Shown: piece by piece, positions 11,141 to 20,894 of the stretch
Layout: each line of letters opens with the position of its first letter
Numbering within the stretch: the first letter of the stretch is position 1
Source: a virus
Lineage: Duplodnaviria; Heunggongvirae; Uroviricota; Caudoviricetes
Length of the DNA: 64,000 nt
IMG/VR virus record: IMGVR_UViG_3300045988_155182
Direction: 5' to 3' (one strand)
Program-made: the position numbers and the translations under genes
The notes under the pieces: generated by a model
Database searches by the model: none
Seen by the model: only the letters and a program-made list of their open reading frames with translations
Told to the model about the DNA's origin: nothing

Positions 11141-11833
11141 ATGAAAACTCCGAGAGGCATTCGTAATAACAACCCTGGCAACCTCGACAAAGGTTCGCCG
11201 TGGCAGGGGCTAATCGACAACCCTGCCGAACCGCGCTTTTGCACGTTTAAAGACCCTGTTTGGGGGATTCGTGCGCTGGCGGTGACTCTAATTACCTACC
11301 ACGATAAACGTCGCGCAAAAGACGGCACAAGTATCGATACCATTCGTGAAGTTATTGAACGCTGGGCACCGCCGAATGAAAACAATACTGACGCCTACAT
11401 TAATGAGGTGTCTAAAGCCGTTGGTGTAACCGCAGACATGATCATCGATCTGCATGATTACGACATCCTTCGACCTTTGGTTGAGGCAATCATTCGCCAT
11501 GAGAATGGGCGAGGTCCGCTAAAAACGCTGAACACCTGGTATGCGGCAGAAGTTATTGAGGAAGGTCTGCGTCGAGCTGGCGTCGTTAAGCCGGTGAAAA
11601 CCGTGAAGGCTGTTCCTGTAACTAAAGAAACCGCAGGCGCAACTGTCACAGCAGGTATTGGTCTGGCGCAGCTGGCCGATGTTATGCCGCAGGTTTCCGC
11701 TGCTATGGATAAAGCACAAGGTCATATCTCTAGCGGGGATACAGTACGCATCATCTTCGGCATTGCCACTATTTTTGTGGCCGGATTCATTGCCTGGTCG
11801 CAGGTAAGAAGACACCAGAAAGGGATGGTCTAA
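11141..11833 (+). CDS. Putative endolysin / cell-wall hydrolase with C-terminal membrane anchor
   Basis: AGGAG RBS; conserved RGIRNNNPGN motif; sits between the holin candidate and the Rz/Rz1 pair; C-terminal hydrophobic segment. Enzymatic class not identifiable by eye. Confidence 0.45.
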   Translation: MKTPRGIRNNNPGNLDKGSPWQGLIDNPAEPRFCTFKDPVWGIRALAVTLITYHDKRRAKDGTSIDTIREVIERWAPPNENNTDAYINEVSKAVGVTADMIIDLHDYDILRPLVEAIIRHENGRGPLKTLNTWYAAEVIEEGLRRAGVVKPVKTVKAVPVTKETAGATVTAGIGLAQLADVMPQVSAAMDKAQGHISSGDTVRIIFGIATIFVAGFIAWSQVRRHQKGMV

Positions 11834-11834
11834 T

Positions 11835-12086
11835 ATGCTAGGCAGCCTGATGACAAAGCTAAAAGTTGCTTTGATTACGCTGGCTGCCGTTCTTTTCGTT
11901 CTGGTCGGCGCTTACACGATGGGCGGAAATGCGGCGCGACGAGCAATGGAAGAGAAGGCAAAACAGGAAGACAGGAAACGACTTCAAAACACAGTGAAAG
12001 TGGTGAATGAGACGAGCAGTAAAATACGTCAGAAAGATGCTTCTGCCGTTCATCGTGAGTTGTATGATAAGTGGGTGCGTCATTAA
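11835..12086 (+). CDS. i-spanin (Rz-like)
   Basis: N-terminal TM helix then charged coiled-coil region; an embedded +1-frame lipoprotein gene overlaps its 3' end. Confidence 0.6.
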   Translation: MLGSLMTKLKVALITLAAVLFVLVGAYTMGGNAARRAMEEKAKQEDRKRLQNTVKVVNETSSKIRQKDASAVHRELYDKWVRH

Positions 12087-12222
12087 ACCACAAACCACCA
12101 GCGTGTTGTTCTGCGATGGGGCTGAGCCTATCTATATCAGCAATAATGATGTAATGACTGAAGAAACCGAACGCCAAATCCTTTTTCACAATACGATGGG
12201 AGAGAGGGTTTGTGGTTGGTGA
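12007..12222 (+). CDS. o-spanin (Rz1-like outer-membrane lipoprotein), embedded in and extending beyond Rz
   Basis: Signal peptide with lipobox ISGC; classic Rz/Rz1 overlapping architecture. Confidence 0.55.
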   Translation: MRRAVKYVRKMLLPFIVSCMISGCVIKPQTTSVLFCDGAEPIYISNNDVMTEETERQILFHNTMGERVCGW

Positions 12223-12229
12223 TGTCGAA

Positions 12230-12251
12230 GTTCCCCTCAAATGAGGGGAAC
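12230..12251. terminator. Bidirectional hairpin terminator between the convergent lysis and TA genes
   Basis: gttcccctc-aaat-gaggggaac perfect stem-loop between two convergent stops. Confidence 0.55.
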
Positions 12252-12254
12252 ACA

Positions 12255-12776
12255 TTATTCTTCGAACAATTTTTCGATAGATTTTGTAGGATAGAACAAA
12301 GAACGCTCGTTGTTACCAACCAGCTGGATAAAGCCTAAACTTTTATAAAACGCCTTGGCTTTGTCATTTAACGCCTCAACGAAAAGTCCATGAATGCCTA
12401 CAGCAAGAGATGCATTGTACACAACGCGCATTGCATGTGTTACAAGCATTGAGCCAAATCCTTGACCTTGAAGGGACTTGTCCAAAGCCAGCCTACCCAA
12501 AGTAACACTTGGAACATTCCGATAAGGAACCTTCTTTTGTTTGCTTCTTGAAGGTAAGGACTCCTTTTCAAAACAACTACCTGACAAAGTGTAATATCCT
12601 AACACTTTTGGCCTTTCTTCTTGAGTGCAAAGCACATAAGCACGAAGAATTTTTCCCTCATGCTGCCTTTTTAAGTGGTTGGCTAAAAAGGCGTTTAGTG
12701 ACTCTTCGCCGCAATCAAAACCGTTTAGATCATAATCTTTCTCTCCAGAGAAAATCTCTATCGTTGTATTGCTCAC
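12255..12776 (-). CDS. GNAT-family acetyltransferase toxin (TacT/AtaT-like)
   Basis: Acetyl-CoA binding motif QGQGFGSMLV; ~170 aa; immediately downstream of a DUF1778-type small ORF with a 7-nt gap. Confidence 0.75.
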   Translation of the reverse strand: MSNTTIEIFSGEKDYDLNGFDCGEESLNAFLANHLKRQHEGKILRAYVLCTQEERPKVLGYYTLSGSCFEKESLPSRSKQKKVPYRNVPSVTLGRLALDKSLQGQGFGSMLVTHAMRVVYNASLAVGIHGLFVEALNDKAKAFYKSLGFIQLVGNNERSLFYPTKSIEKLFEE

Positions 12777-12783
12777 GAGTAAA

Positions 12784-13053
12784 CTACTCCATGCTTTTCA
12801 GACGATCAGCAGCTCGTTTCAGCTTGTCGTTCGGTGCCGGAGGATTGCTTATAGCGTCCATAACCAGATTCCAGGATTCTTCATTCAGAACTAGTCTACG
12901 GTGTTGCTCTATAACTTTCACGGCACGTTCAGATGCACTGCTAACCATAAACTGAGTAATGCTCTGGTTAGACATTGCGGCAGCTTCCTCGATGATGCTT
13001 TTATCGTCATCGGTTAATCTCAAATCGATGCGCTGCTTTTTTAGTGCTGACAT
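12784..13053 (-). CDS. DUF1778-type (RHH) antitoxin partner of the GNAT toxin
   Basis: AGGAGG RBS 5 nt upstream of the ATG at 13053; ~89 aa; operon order antitoxin then toxin. Confidence 0.65.
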   Translation of the reverse strand: MSALKKQRIDLRLTDDDKSIIEEAAAMSNQSITQFMVSSASERAVKVIEQHRRLVLNEESWNLVMDAISNPPAPNDKLKRAADRLKSME

Positions 13054-13371
13054 GTATTCCTCCTGATGGCCGTGATGTAGGAAGGCCATCAATCTCCTCT
13101 GTTCAAACTGAGTTTTCGACTCAAAAATTACTTTAAAAGGCTATAGCCCATTACGTGTGCATTATCAAATTGTGTACGGCATAACACCGTACTTGTAATA
13201 TAGAGGTCATTGTTACTTTTTTCAACAGACAAATACAAGCTATGATTGCCAATTGTTAATCACAACCTACCATTTAACCTTTACACCGCAGCCGTAGGCA
13301 TTTAGGCTATATCACATATAAGAAAACAAGTTGTTTCAGACGATAATTATATACGCAAAGGGAACTCTCCA

Positions 13372-14040
13372 ATGACCAAGATCTTTGTGGTTGGCGGCAC
13401 AAAGGGCGGGCCTGGCAAATCCACCGTTGCCCAGCAAATTGCCGTTTGCCTGAAAGTCAAAAAGAAGAAGAAGGTTTATATTACCGATATAGATATTCAG
13501 CGCACGACAACGAGCTGGTGTGAAGACCGTCGACAGAACGAAGACCTTGAGCTGATTCCTTTTGCATACGTTCAGGATGACATCATTAAGCACCTAAAAT
13601 CGCTTCAGGGTAGAGCTGAGTTTGTAGTGGTAGATGCTGGTGGCTTCGACTCCGAAATTCAGCGACAAGCGATGCTGATGGCCGACGTTATCATTATCCC
13701 GCTTCGTCCTAAGCGTCGTGATTTGAAATCTCTGCGTGATATCGATCCTATTATCGACAATGTTCGTAATGTAAACGATAAAGTGAAGGTCCGCGCGGTC
13801 ATGAACCAGTGTCCGGCTTTGCCATCACAAGTGTCTCGCATTCTGGCGGCTAAAGAGATTGTTGAGACGTTTGGCATCGAGTCTGCGCCAGTCAATCTAT
13901 ATAACCGCAACGTCTATGATGATGCGGAAGAGTCTGGTCGTTCTATCTTTGAAATGACCGGTAGCGAGCGCGACAAAAAGGCGGAAGCCGAGTTTGAAGA
14001 ATTTGTAGATTATCTGTTGAGTCTGGAGGAAAAAGAATAA
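13372..14040 (+). CDS. parA: ParA-family partition ATPase
   Basis: Deviant Walker A GGTKGGPGKST; ~220 aa; followed by a small RHH-like partner. Confidence 0.85.
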   Translation: MTKIFVVGGTKGGPGKSTVAQQIAVCLKVKKKKKVYITDIDIQRTTTSWCEDRRQNEDLELIPFAYVQDDIIKHLKSLQGRAEFVVVDAGGFDSEIQRQAMLMADVIIIPLRPKRRDLKSLRDIDPIIDNVRNVNDKVKVRAVMNQCPALPSQVSRILAAKEIVETFGIESAPVNLYNRNVYDDAEESGRSIFEMTGSERDKKAEAEFEEFVDYLLSLEEKE

Positions 14041-14399
14041 TGTCCATGAAAATGGGTGACCTAGCAAAGCGCAAAGAGCCTGATGCACCGGCTAAGAACA
14101 CAACTCCTTTGCGCCAACCAGTCAGACCACAGGGACGCCCGACTCGTGGCAAAGAGAAAATTAAAAGCCGCACAATGTCACTGGAGGACGAATACTTCGA
14201 ACTGCTGGAGATGATGAAGTTCATCCCTCGCTTCGAGAAGTTCACTCGTTCTGACGTGATTCGTGCTGCTATTTTCCATCTTGCGGAGAAGACACCGCAG
14301 GAAATCGAGGACATCGTGAAACTTAACGAGGCGATCACCGCTGCCGATGTCACGATGCGTACCGATGAAATCAAACGCGAGTTGATGAAGAAAGGTTAA
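14040..14399 (+). CDS. Small basic DNA-binding partition protein (ParG/RHH-like centromere binder)
   Basis: Start overlaps the parA stop; basic unstructured N-terminus then RHH-like SLEDEYFELLEMMKF...VIRAAIFHL. Confidence 0.5.
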   Translation: MSMKMGDLAKRKEPDAPAKNTTPLRQPVRPQGRPTRGKEKIKSRTMSLEDEYFELLEMMKFIPRFEKFTRSDVIRAAIFHLAEKTPQEIEDIVKLNEAITAADVTMRTDEIKRELMKKG

Positions 14400-14443
14400 T
14401 TTTATTGAGGTGCTGCTTGGCACCTCTTTCTATAGGTTCCCTA

Positions 14444-15163
14444 ATGCTCTACAAATATATTGGAAGTGAAGATTCGCAAAAAGTGTTACGTAACCTCAAA
14501 CGGTTTGTAGAGGACGGCACTATCTCTGCTAGCGCACCTTCTTCATTCAACGACCCATCAGAGTTCAAAGTTTCGATAACGATGGGAGGTACAGAAGTGG
14601 AGCGCCGGAAACACTTTGAAGACAATGGATGTAAGGATTTTTCCTTTGAAGACTGGGATGCTGTAGCTCCTGAAGCTGCAAAATCGTTGGCTGTGGATTT
14701 GCGGAAAGAATCATTAGGGGCTTTTGGTGTGGTGTGCTTGTCACCAAACGAAGATAACATCTTGATGTGGTCACATTACTCAGTGTCGCATAAAGGTTTC
14801 TGCATAGGCTTTGATGATGATTTTGTTACCTCTATTGAGGGGTATCACAGCTTTGATAATGTGAAATATATACCTTCTGTTCCCGTGTTCGATGAAGTTA
14901 CAGATGAGTTTAAGGTACTTTTTGATAAGCTCTTTTTCTACAAGCACGAATGCTGGAAATATGAGGAAGAACAAAGGGTTATTACTAAAAAAATAGGCGC
15001 TCAGGCATTTGATAAGAAATATATTAGAGAGATCATTCTTGGACATAACGTTTCTCCTGAAGTAGAAGAATATGCCCGGACACAGCTAGACACGAGCATC
15101 GAGGTTTACAAAATGAGTACACCTGATGATGGTTATCTTCTTGTCAAAGAAAAGCTGAAGTAG
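14444..15163 (+). CDS. DUF2971-like protein of unknown function (candidate defence/accessory gene)
   Basis: N-terminal LYKYIGSED...L...FNDPSEF signature typical of DUF2971-type proteins (from memory). Visibly A+T-rich coding compared with neighbours. Start could be TTG 14405 or ATG 14444. Confidence 0.55.
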   Translation: MLYKYIGSEDSQKVLRNLKRFVEDGTISASAPSSFNDPSEFKVSITMGGTEVERRKHFEDNGCKDFSFEDWDAVAPEAAKSLAVDLRKESLGAFGVVCLSPNEDNILMWSHYSVSHKGFCIGFDDDFVTSIEGYHSFDNVKYIPSVPVFDEVTDEFKVLFDKLFFYKHECWKYEEEQRVITKKIGAQAFDKKYIREIILGHNVSPEVEEYARTQLDTSIEVYKMSTPDDGYLLVKEKLK

Positions 15164-15229
15164 CTCCAGACTTTCCTCAAATGATTATGTTGGGCGCTTT
15201 TCTTATTGAACTGGTTAGTGAGGCTAATA

Positions 15230-16402
15230 ATGGATTTGTTCTCAACCAAAATAGCAAAAAACAAGCTGCACGAATCTTTTAAACAGATTTATCAAGATAA
15301 TACATATGCTCCAGTAAGAGAAGTGATACAGTCGTGGGGGCGTGGGTTACTGGAGCGTAGCGGTGAGCAGACTAAATTCGTTAAAGAGTTTCAGACAACC
15401 TTCAATTCCGCCTTATGGGAATTGTATCTGAACGAAATGTTTATTCGTCTCGATTATTCTGTCGACTACACAAAAGACAGTCCCGATTTCTGTGTTACTA
15501 CACCGTCAGGCTACCAGTTTAACGTCGAAGCTGTGATATCAGATCGGCCACATAATCCACCTGCAGGTGTTCTTTTTAGCGAATCAAAATTCAAACATCA
15601 ATCAACGCTAAAATTAATCGGAAAAATCAAAGACAAACATGATCTTTTTACAGGAGTTAATGGCAAAAAATTCCCGTACTCTACGATGTCTCATGTAGTT
15701 AATAAGCCGTTTGTTCTGGCGCTTGCACCCTTTGACTCCGATTTATCATTGTCTCAAAATAACACAATCATCAATCGAGTGTTGTTTGGCATTGAGGAAC
15801 CTACCACCAGAAATTTGGTGACTGGCAGCCAAACTAAAGTTACCTCAATCAAAAAGAATGAAGACGTTGAAATTCCATTAGGTATATTTACTAACGACTC
15901 ATATAAAGAAATAAGTGCGGTTATTTTCTCCACCACCGGCACTTTTGGAAAAGCCGTGGTTCAAAGCGGTATCGGTAGATATGTAAGGTCAACACGATAT
16001 CGAGCCATTGATGTGAATGATTTTATCGCCAATGAAGGGATGAAAAACGAGGGAAAGCACACACAAAGGATAGGACCTGATCATTTCATCACTACATATC
16101 GGCATTTTTTAAATAACGAAGTCACTGGTGCGGATATTGTAGTTTGTCATTCCACTGCTCATGAAGAGACGCACTTTGACGGCCTTCATATTTACTACAA
16201 TCCTTTTGCGACAGTGCCACTGGACAGAAATATTTTCTTCCCCCCAGAGATAACTCATAATTTTTACGATATGGAAAAAGAACAGTCTGTTCAGAATCAT
16301 CCTGATGGAGCGCTGGTATCTAGACAGGTTTTTGAACCAACTAGAGCACATTTTAGGTATATCATGAAACATTGGTTTCCAGGCTTTCTAAAAGATGTTT
16401 AA
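15230..16402 (+). CDS. Hypothetical 390-aa protein, partner of the DUF2971-like gene
   Basis: GAGG RBS 6 nt upstream of the ATG; co-oriented 66 nt after the DUF2971-like gene; followed by a strong terminator; no motif I can assign. Confidence 0.6.
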   Translation: MDLFSTKIAKNKLHESFKQIYQDNTYAPVREVIQSWGRGLLERSGEQTKFVKEFQTTFNSALWELYLNEMFIRLDYSVDYTKDSPDFCVTTPSGYQFNVEAVISDRPHNPPAGVLFSESKFKHQSTLKLIGKIKDKHDLFTGVNGKKFPYSTMSHVVNKPFVLALAPFDSDLSLSQNNTIINRVLFGIEEPTTRNLVTGSQTKVTSIKKNEDVEIPLGIFTNDSYKEISAVIFSTTGTFGKAVVQSGIGRYVRSTRYRAIDVNDFIANEGMKNEGKHTQRIGPDHFITTYRHFLNNEVTGADIVVCHSTAHEETHFDGLHIYYNPFATVPLDRNIFFPPEITHNFYDMEKEQSVQNHPDGALVSRQVFEPTRAHFRYIMKHWFPGFLKDV

Positions 16403-16426
16403 GCATCCTGCTGGTTGAATTTGGAA

Positions 16427-16488
16427 CCTGCTTCTGTATATAAATACTAAGTTACTTATTATTATTTATACGGAAGCAGGTCTTTTTC
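16427..16488 (+). terminator. Rho-independent terminator closing the two-gene island
   Basis: cctgcttc...gaagcagg stem followed by tcttttt; near-identical hairpin arms recur at 62040-62105. Confidence 0.7.
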
Positions 16489-16590
16489 TATGCCAACTTC
16501 CCAGACACATTCCCTTCCGTTTCCACTTCCAAAAACTGCCACCAGTCGCTATCATCCGCTCATTGCAATAAGTAAGTAACTACCTATCTG

Positions 16591-17340
16591 GTGAGCCACA
16601 TGAGCCAAATCTTTTTTGATACCATTGACAACGACCAGTACGACTTCATGACAGAGTGGAATACCGCTGTTATGGACAAGTGGGTCGCTGAAAACATTGG
16701 TTTGTCGCGCTGCAAAGACGAGGCTGAACTCTTCGAGACGAAGTGGTTTGATTACCGCGATATGCATCCTCTCATGGCCACCTGTCTGTTTACGGAGGCG
16801 TACAAACGTCAGTACTCAAATATCATGCTGACGCACGGTCGCGAACACTTTGAAACAGCTCCGTTCACCACCGGGTTAAAACGCCTGCCTTATCAGGAGT
16901 TGTCGACTGCCAATAAAACGTCGCTATGGAAAGCACGCCAGTTTGCTGATCGCTATTGCTGTTCATACGACTACTTTATCTCCACGGTTCTTTCCGCAGC
17001 TGCACGGCGTCTGTGGGACAAGTTGCCGCGCCCACAGCATTTATGGCAGCCAGAACTGATTGAGATATTCGAAGAGAAATTATCCAGACGCGCAACAACC
17101 CGTCTGGATGACTCTCTGGTTAGCTTTAAGCATATGGGAGACATGCAGTTCAACCCGATTCAGGAAAGCTATTTTGAGTGGATTCTGGAGCGTTTGCGCA
17201 CCATCCCTCGCAGCAAGCGCATACGCGCAATTTTCTCCGCTATCTGGCTAATGGAAATCGTTCCAGAGCGCCTTATTTCCGCCCACTTTCCAGAAGAACT
17301 GGAAGAAGCACGGCGGTTTATTGATCCCCTATCTAATTAA
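16591..17340 (+). CDS. Hypothetical protein
   Basis: 249-aa ORF upstream of the helicase; start codon uncertain (GTG 16591 or ATG 16600). Confidence 0.5.
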   Translation: MSHMSQIFFDTIDNDQYDFMTEWNTAVMDKWVAENIGLSRCKDEAELFETKWFDYRDMHPLMATCLFTEAYKRQYSNIMLTHGREHFETAPFTTGLKRLPYQELSTANKTSLWKARQFADRYCCSYDYFISTVLSAAARRLWDKLPRPQHLWQPELIEIFEEKLSRRATTRLDDSLVSFKHMGDMQFNPIQESYFEWILERLRTIPRSKRIRAIFSAIWLMEIVPERLISAHFPEELEEARRFIDPLSN

Positions 17341-17383
17341 CTAATACTAGAAAACAATTTGTTTAAAAAACAAAGGAAAGCAC

Positions 17384-18724
17384 ATGACCGAACTTTGCCA
17401 TACAGGACGCGGGCTGTCCGAAGAGTTTGATGAAGATTTTCAGAACAGATTGACGGCCTATTTTTGTCGTGATCACGAGTTTCTTACTCGTGCTGGAGAT
17501 CTGGTTGTACCTAGCCAATTTGCCAATGCGGCCAATGCCATATTGGTTAATATGGTTTCGGGCTATTACCGTATGTACAAGAGCGCGCCCTCTTCATCTG
17601 CGATTCTGGATATGCTTAAGCGTGCGAAACGCGATAAGACTATCCGTGAGGAACTATTCGCCGATGTTGTTGCTGCGTTTAAGCGCATCCTTGCAGAAAA
17701 ATTGTCTGATACCTCGTACATGGTTGACCAGGTATCAACCTTCGCAAAAAGCGTAGCGTTTGATGATGCTCTGATTAAGGCTGCTGAACTGAAAGAGAAG
17801 GGCGACTTTCAGGGGGCGATGGCAATCATGGCCAAGGTTCAGCAGATTGGATCGAACGAAGCGACCGGAATCTATGACTACTACACCTCCGCAAGTGAGC
17901 GATTGAAAGCGCGTGAATATGAGGCTTCAGAGGAGTATGTGCCAAACAGCATTACAACTGGACTCCCTCTGCTCGATAGGTTGCTGTACCAAAAAGGCTG
18001 GGCGAAGCGTGAAATGGTGCTCTTCATGGGGTTCGCTAAATCCGGTAAATCGACCGCAATGGGTGAGTTTTCCATAAACGCAACGCTTGCTGGCTACAAT
18101 GTTCTGTATCTCTCGCTGGAGGTTCACACCAACATTTTGTCCGACCGCTTTGATGCAAGATTGTCGGAGACGGAAATGTCCAAGCTGGTGGAACGGCGCG
18201 ATGAAGTTCATCGTAAGTTGGCAGAGTTGGGAGCCACTAAGGGGATTGGTAGTTTGTGGGTTGTTGAGCGTCCGTCAGGAAGTATGTCACCTGCAGATCT
18301 GGACCGTATGCTTAACAGTATGAAAGCCAATGGCATGGTGCCTGACATGGTTGTTGTCGACTACGCAGATTTGATGCGTGCCAGTTATGACCTTCGTGAT
18401 GATCGCGCCAATATTCGTAGTATCTACACCGATTTACGTGCTCTTTATGACAAGCATAACGTTGCTGGGATCACGGCATCGCAGACAAACCGTGAAGGTG
18501 GCGCGTCAGAAGTTGCCACAATGATGCACGCCGCCGATAACATCGAAAAAGTACGTATTGCTGACCTGGTAATAACGATCAACAAAACCGAAGAAGAAGA
18601 AGCGAAAGGAGAGGCTCGTCTCTACTTTGCTGGTTCACGTAACCAGCAGGGTGGGATCAGCATTCGCGTTAAACAAAACCTCGAACAAATGCGTTTCATT
18701 GAGCGAATCTTAGACGTTACCTAA
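17384..18724 (+). CDS. Replicative DNA helicase (DnaB-like RecA-fold domain)
   Basis: Conserved AAAGGAAAGCACATG initiation context; Walker A GFAKSGKST, Walker B VVVDYADLM, ASQTNREG motif. Confidence 0.75.
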   Translation: MTELCHTGRGLSEEFDEDFQNRLTAYFCRDHEFLTRAGDLVVPSQFANAANAILVNMVSGYYRMYKSAPSSSAILDMLKRAKRDKTIREELFADVVAAFKRILAEKLSDTSYMVDQVSTFAKSVAFDDALIKAAELKEKGDFQGAMAIMAKVQQIGSNEATGIYDYYTSASERLKAREYEASEEYVPNSITTGLPLLDRLLYQKGWAKREMVLFMGFAKSGKSTAMGEFSINATLAGYNVLYLSLEVHTNILSDRFDARLSETEMSKLVERRDEVHRKLAELGATKGIGSLWVVERPSGSMSPADLDRMLNSMKANGMVPDMVVVDYADLMRASYDLRDDRANIRSIYTDLRALYDKHNVAGITASQTNREGGASEVATMMHAADNIEKVRIADLVITINKTEEEEAKGEARLYFAGSRNQQGGISIRVKQNLEQMRFIERILDVT

Positions 18725-18805
18725 AAAATAAGCGTGGAGAACACCTCCACGCTTGATTCATTTGTGAAACAACTTTTCTTTTGCCAAACCACAAAAGAAA
18801 AACAC

Positions 18806-19984
18806 ATGAGCCTTTATGTTATATCAACATTTAGGTTGGTCACAATATTGCCTGTTAAAAGTGGAATTATCGTGAGCGAGCTGAAAGAGCTAATTGCCGA
18901 ATTAGATTTTGAACAATGGTTGGATACTGAAGGTATCGTTTATCGACGTGGAGGCGTGAGTGCTCGCGGTCGTGAAGTGAATATCAAGGAATGTCCGGTA
19001 TGCGGCAGCTCCAACTGGAAGGTATATTTCAATCTGACCAGTGGCGTCGGCAAATGCTTTGCTGGTGATCATCCCGAAGAGATTCAGTTCAATAAGCTGG
19101 TCTTCCTCAAGCACTACAGCGGCAAATCACGACGACAGTTCGAGGAATATGTGCAGAACGCCCTTCTTTCCCAGGGGTGGGCACCAAAGAAAGAAGAGAT
19201 AGTGCTTGCAAGCACAGTCGAGTTAGAGGGACCACTTGCACTCCCTCGTCATTACGAACTTCCTATAGATGGCCGTCTTCCAGACTATCTGGTTGAACGA
19301 AACATATCGCCTGAAATGGCAAAGTATTTTGACCTACGATACTGCGTCGAAGGTAAGCACGCTTATGTAGATCCGTATACAGATCAGGTTAAAGGACAGA
19401 TATTCGATATGCGAATACTGATACCGGTTTACGATCTGGATGGGGTAATGAAGACATTTCAGGGACGAGACATTACCGGTACAGCAGAACGCCGCTACCT
19501 CTTTCCTATGCAGCTTCCAGCTTCAGGTAAATTTCTCTACAACGGCCATAATGCAGTCGGCAAACAGACTGTAGTTGTCTGTGAGGGTGCGTTCGATGTT
19601 ATGGGGGTCAAACGAGCTATTTTCGACGAAGAAACATTACGTGATTACGTGGAGCCAATAGGAACGTTCGGGATGCATCTATCTGGCAACACCACTCAGG
19701 ATGCAGAAGATCAGTTGGGCGCGTTCCTGACGCTCAAAGCGCGTGGATTACGTAATGTGATCATGATGTGGGATAGTGAAAAGCAAGCTATACGTAATAC
19801 GATGGCCGCAGCCAGGCGACTGACCAGTATTGGTCTTAATGTCAAAGTGGCGTGTTTGGGCGAGGAAGGACTCGACCCGGGCGATGCAACGCCAGAGCAA
19901 ATCATCAAAGCCTATTATCGGGCAAAACCGTATACCAAGCAGTTGGAGTTACAAAGCAAGGTTTTGGGCATTAAGGCTCTATGA
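18806..19984 (+). CDS. DNA primase (zinc-ribbon + TOPRIM)
   Basis: Conserved AAAGAAAAACACATG context marks the start at 18806; CPVCGSS...C zinc motif; TOPRIM-like CEGAFDVMGV. Confidence 0.6.
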   Translation: MSLYVISTFRLVTILPVKSGIIVSELKELIAELDFEQWLDTEGIVYRRGGVSARGREVNIKECPVCGSSNWKVYFNLTSGVGKCFAGDHPEEIQFNKLVFLKHYSGKSRRQFEEYVQNALLSQGWAPKKEEIVLASTVELEGPLALPRHYELPIDGRLPDYLVERNISPEMAKYFDLRYCVEGKHAYVDPYTDQVKGQIFDMRILIPVYDLDGVMKTFQGRDITGTAERRYLFPMQLPASGKFLYNGHNAVGKQTVVVCEGAFDVMGVKRAIFDEETLRDYVEPIGTFGMHLSGNTTQDAEDQLGAFLTLKARGLRNVIMMWDSEKQAIRNTMAAARRLTSIGLNVKVACLGEEGLDPGDATPEQIIKAYYRAKPYTKQLELQSKVLGIKAL

Positions 19985-20062
19985 TAACAATCACCTTTAA
20001 AATAAGTAGATGATTACTTATCTTTCTGTGAGAATACTTTCATCTGTTAGCTAGGAGTTGGT

Positions 20063-20839
20063 ATGAAAGACGAAATTCAGAAATTAGCCTGCGACATCAT
20101 TGATAAAACTGGTTTAGAAATCAGCGAGAGCAATCGGCTAGACATCATTGAAAAAGCCGTAAAAACAGCAATGGATCATATCGCCACTCGTTTGGTCGAG
20201 ATCCCGCTACCAGGGCTACCTTATCTGAAAGTTGAGTTACACGTATGGGGTGAACCTTCTTGTTCACGGCGTTCTGCATTAGTTGTTTTTATTAGCAAAG
20301 AAAACCCGCTCAGTCTTAAAGTGCAGGTTGGTGCATGGATGGATGGAAAAGTGATCTACACAAATACCGTTTTTTGTCTTTCAAACGACGAAACTATTGA
20401 AGCGGCCATTCAAGAAGCAGTTCTAGCAATGCGCAGCAGCGGTTTGATGAAGAATAACTACGAAGAGTACTTGCGTTCGATAAGTGGTGAAAAGACATTA
20501 TCTCTGAAAGCAGATTTCGTTACCCCGAAAAATCTGTTGGAAGTCTTGCTTAATAAAGGGGCTAATGATGCCGTAAATGTAATCAGAGAGAGTGAGTATG
20601 CGTCTCTTTGCGACATGTGCAAAAGCCAGTTGGATCTGGTGCATATCGTTATTGATGCTGGGAAGGCATGTGATGGCGTAATGGCGGAATTTGCTTGGAA
20701 GGTGGTCAGGATTGCTAACGAATTACCGATGATAGAGCAAGAGGCCAAATCATACGCCACCAATCATGTCACAGAGCTTCTTGTCCCCTATCGCTTAGAA
20801 AGCAATCAGCGCAAGATGGTTAGCTGGGGAAGTTGGTAA
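20063..20839 (+). CDS. Hypothetical protein
   Basis: 258-aa ORF with AGGAG RBS. Confidence 0.5.
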   Translation: MKDEIQKLACDIIDKTGLEISESNRLDIIEKAVKTAMDHIATRLVEIPLPGLPYLKVELHVWGEPSCSRRSALVVFISKENPLSLKVQVGAWMDGKVIYTNTVFCLSNDETIEAAIQEAVLAMRSSGLMKNNYEEYLRSISGEKTLSLKADFVTPKNLLEVLLNKGANDAVNVIRESEYASLCDMCKSQLDLVHIVIDAGKACDGVMAEFAWKVVRIANELPMIEQEAKSYATNHVTELLVPYRLESNQRKMVSWGSW

Positions 20840-20894
20840 TCTCTCCGCGCGTCGTTTTTTACGCAAATAACGATAGGTAAGTACAAGATTATTT

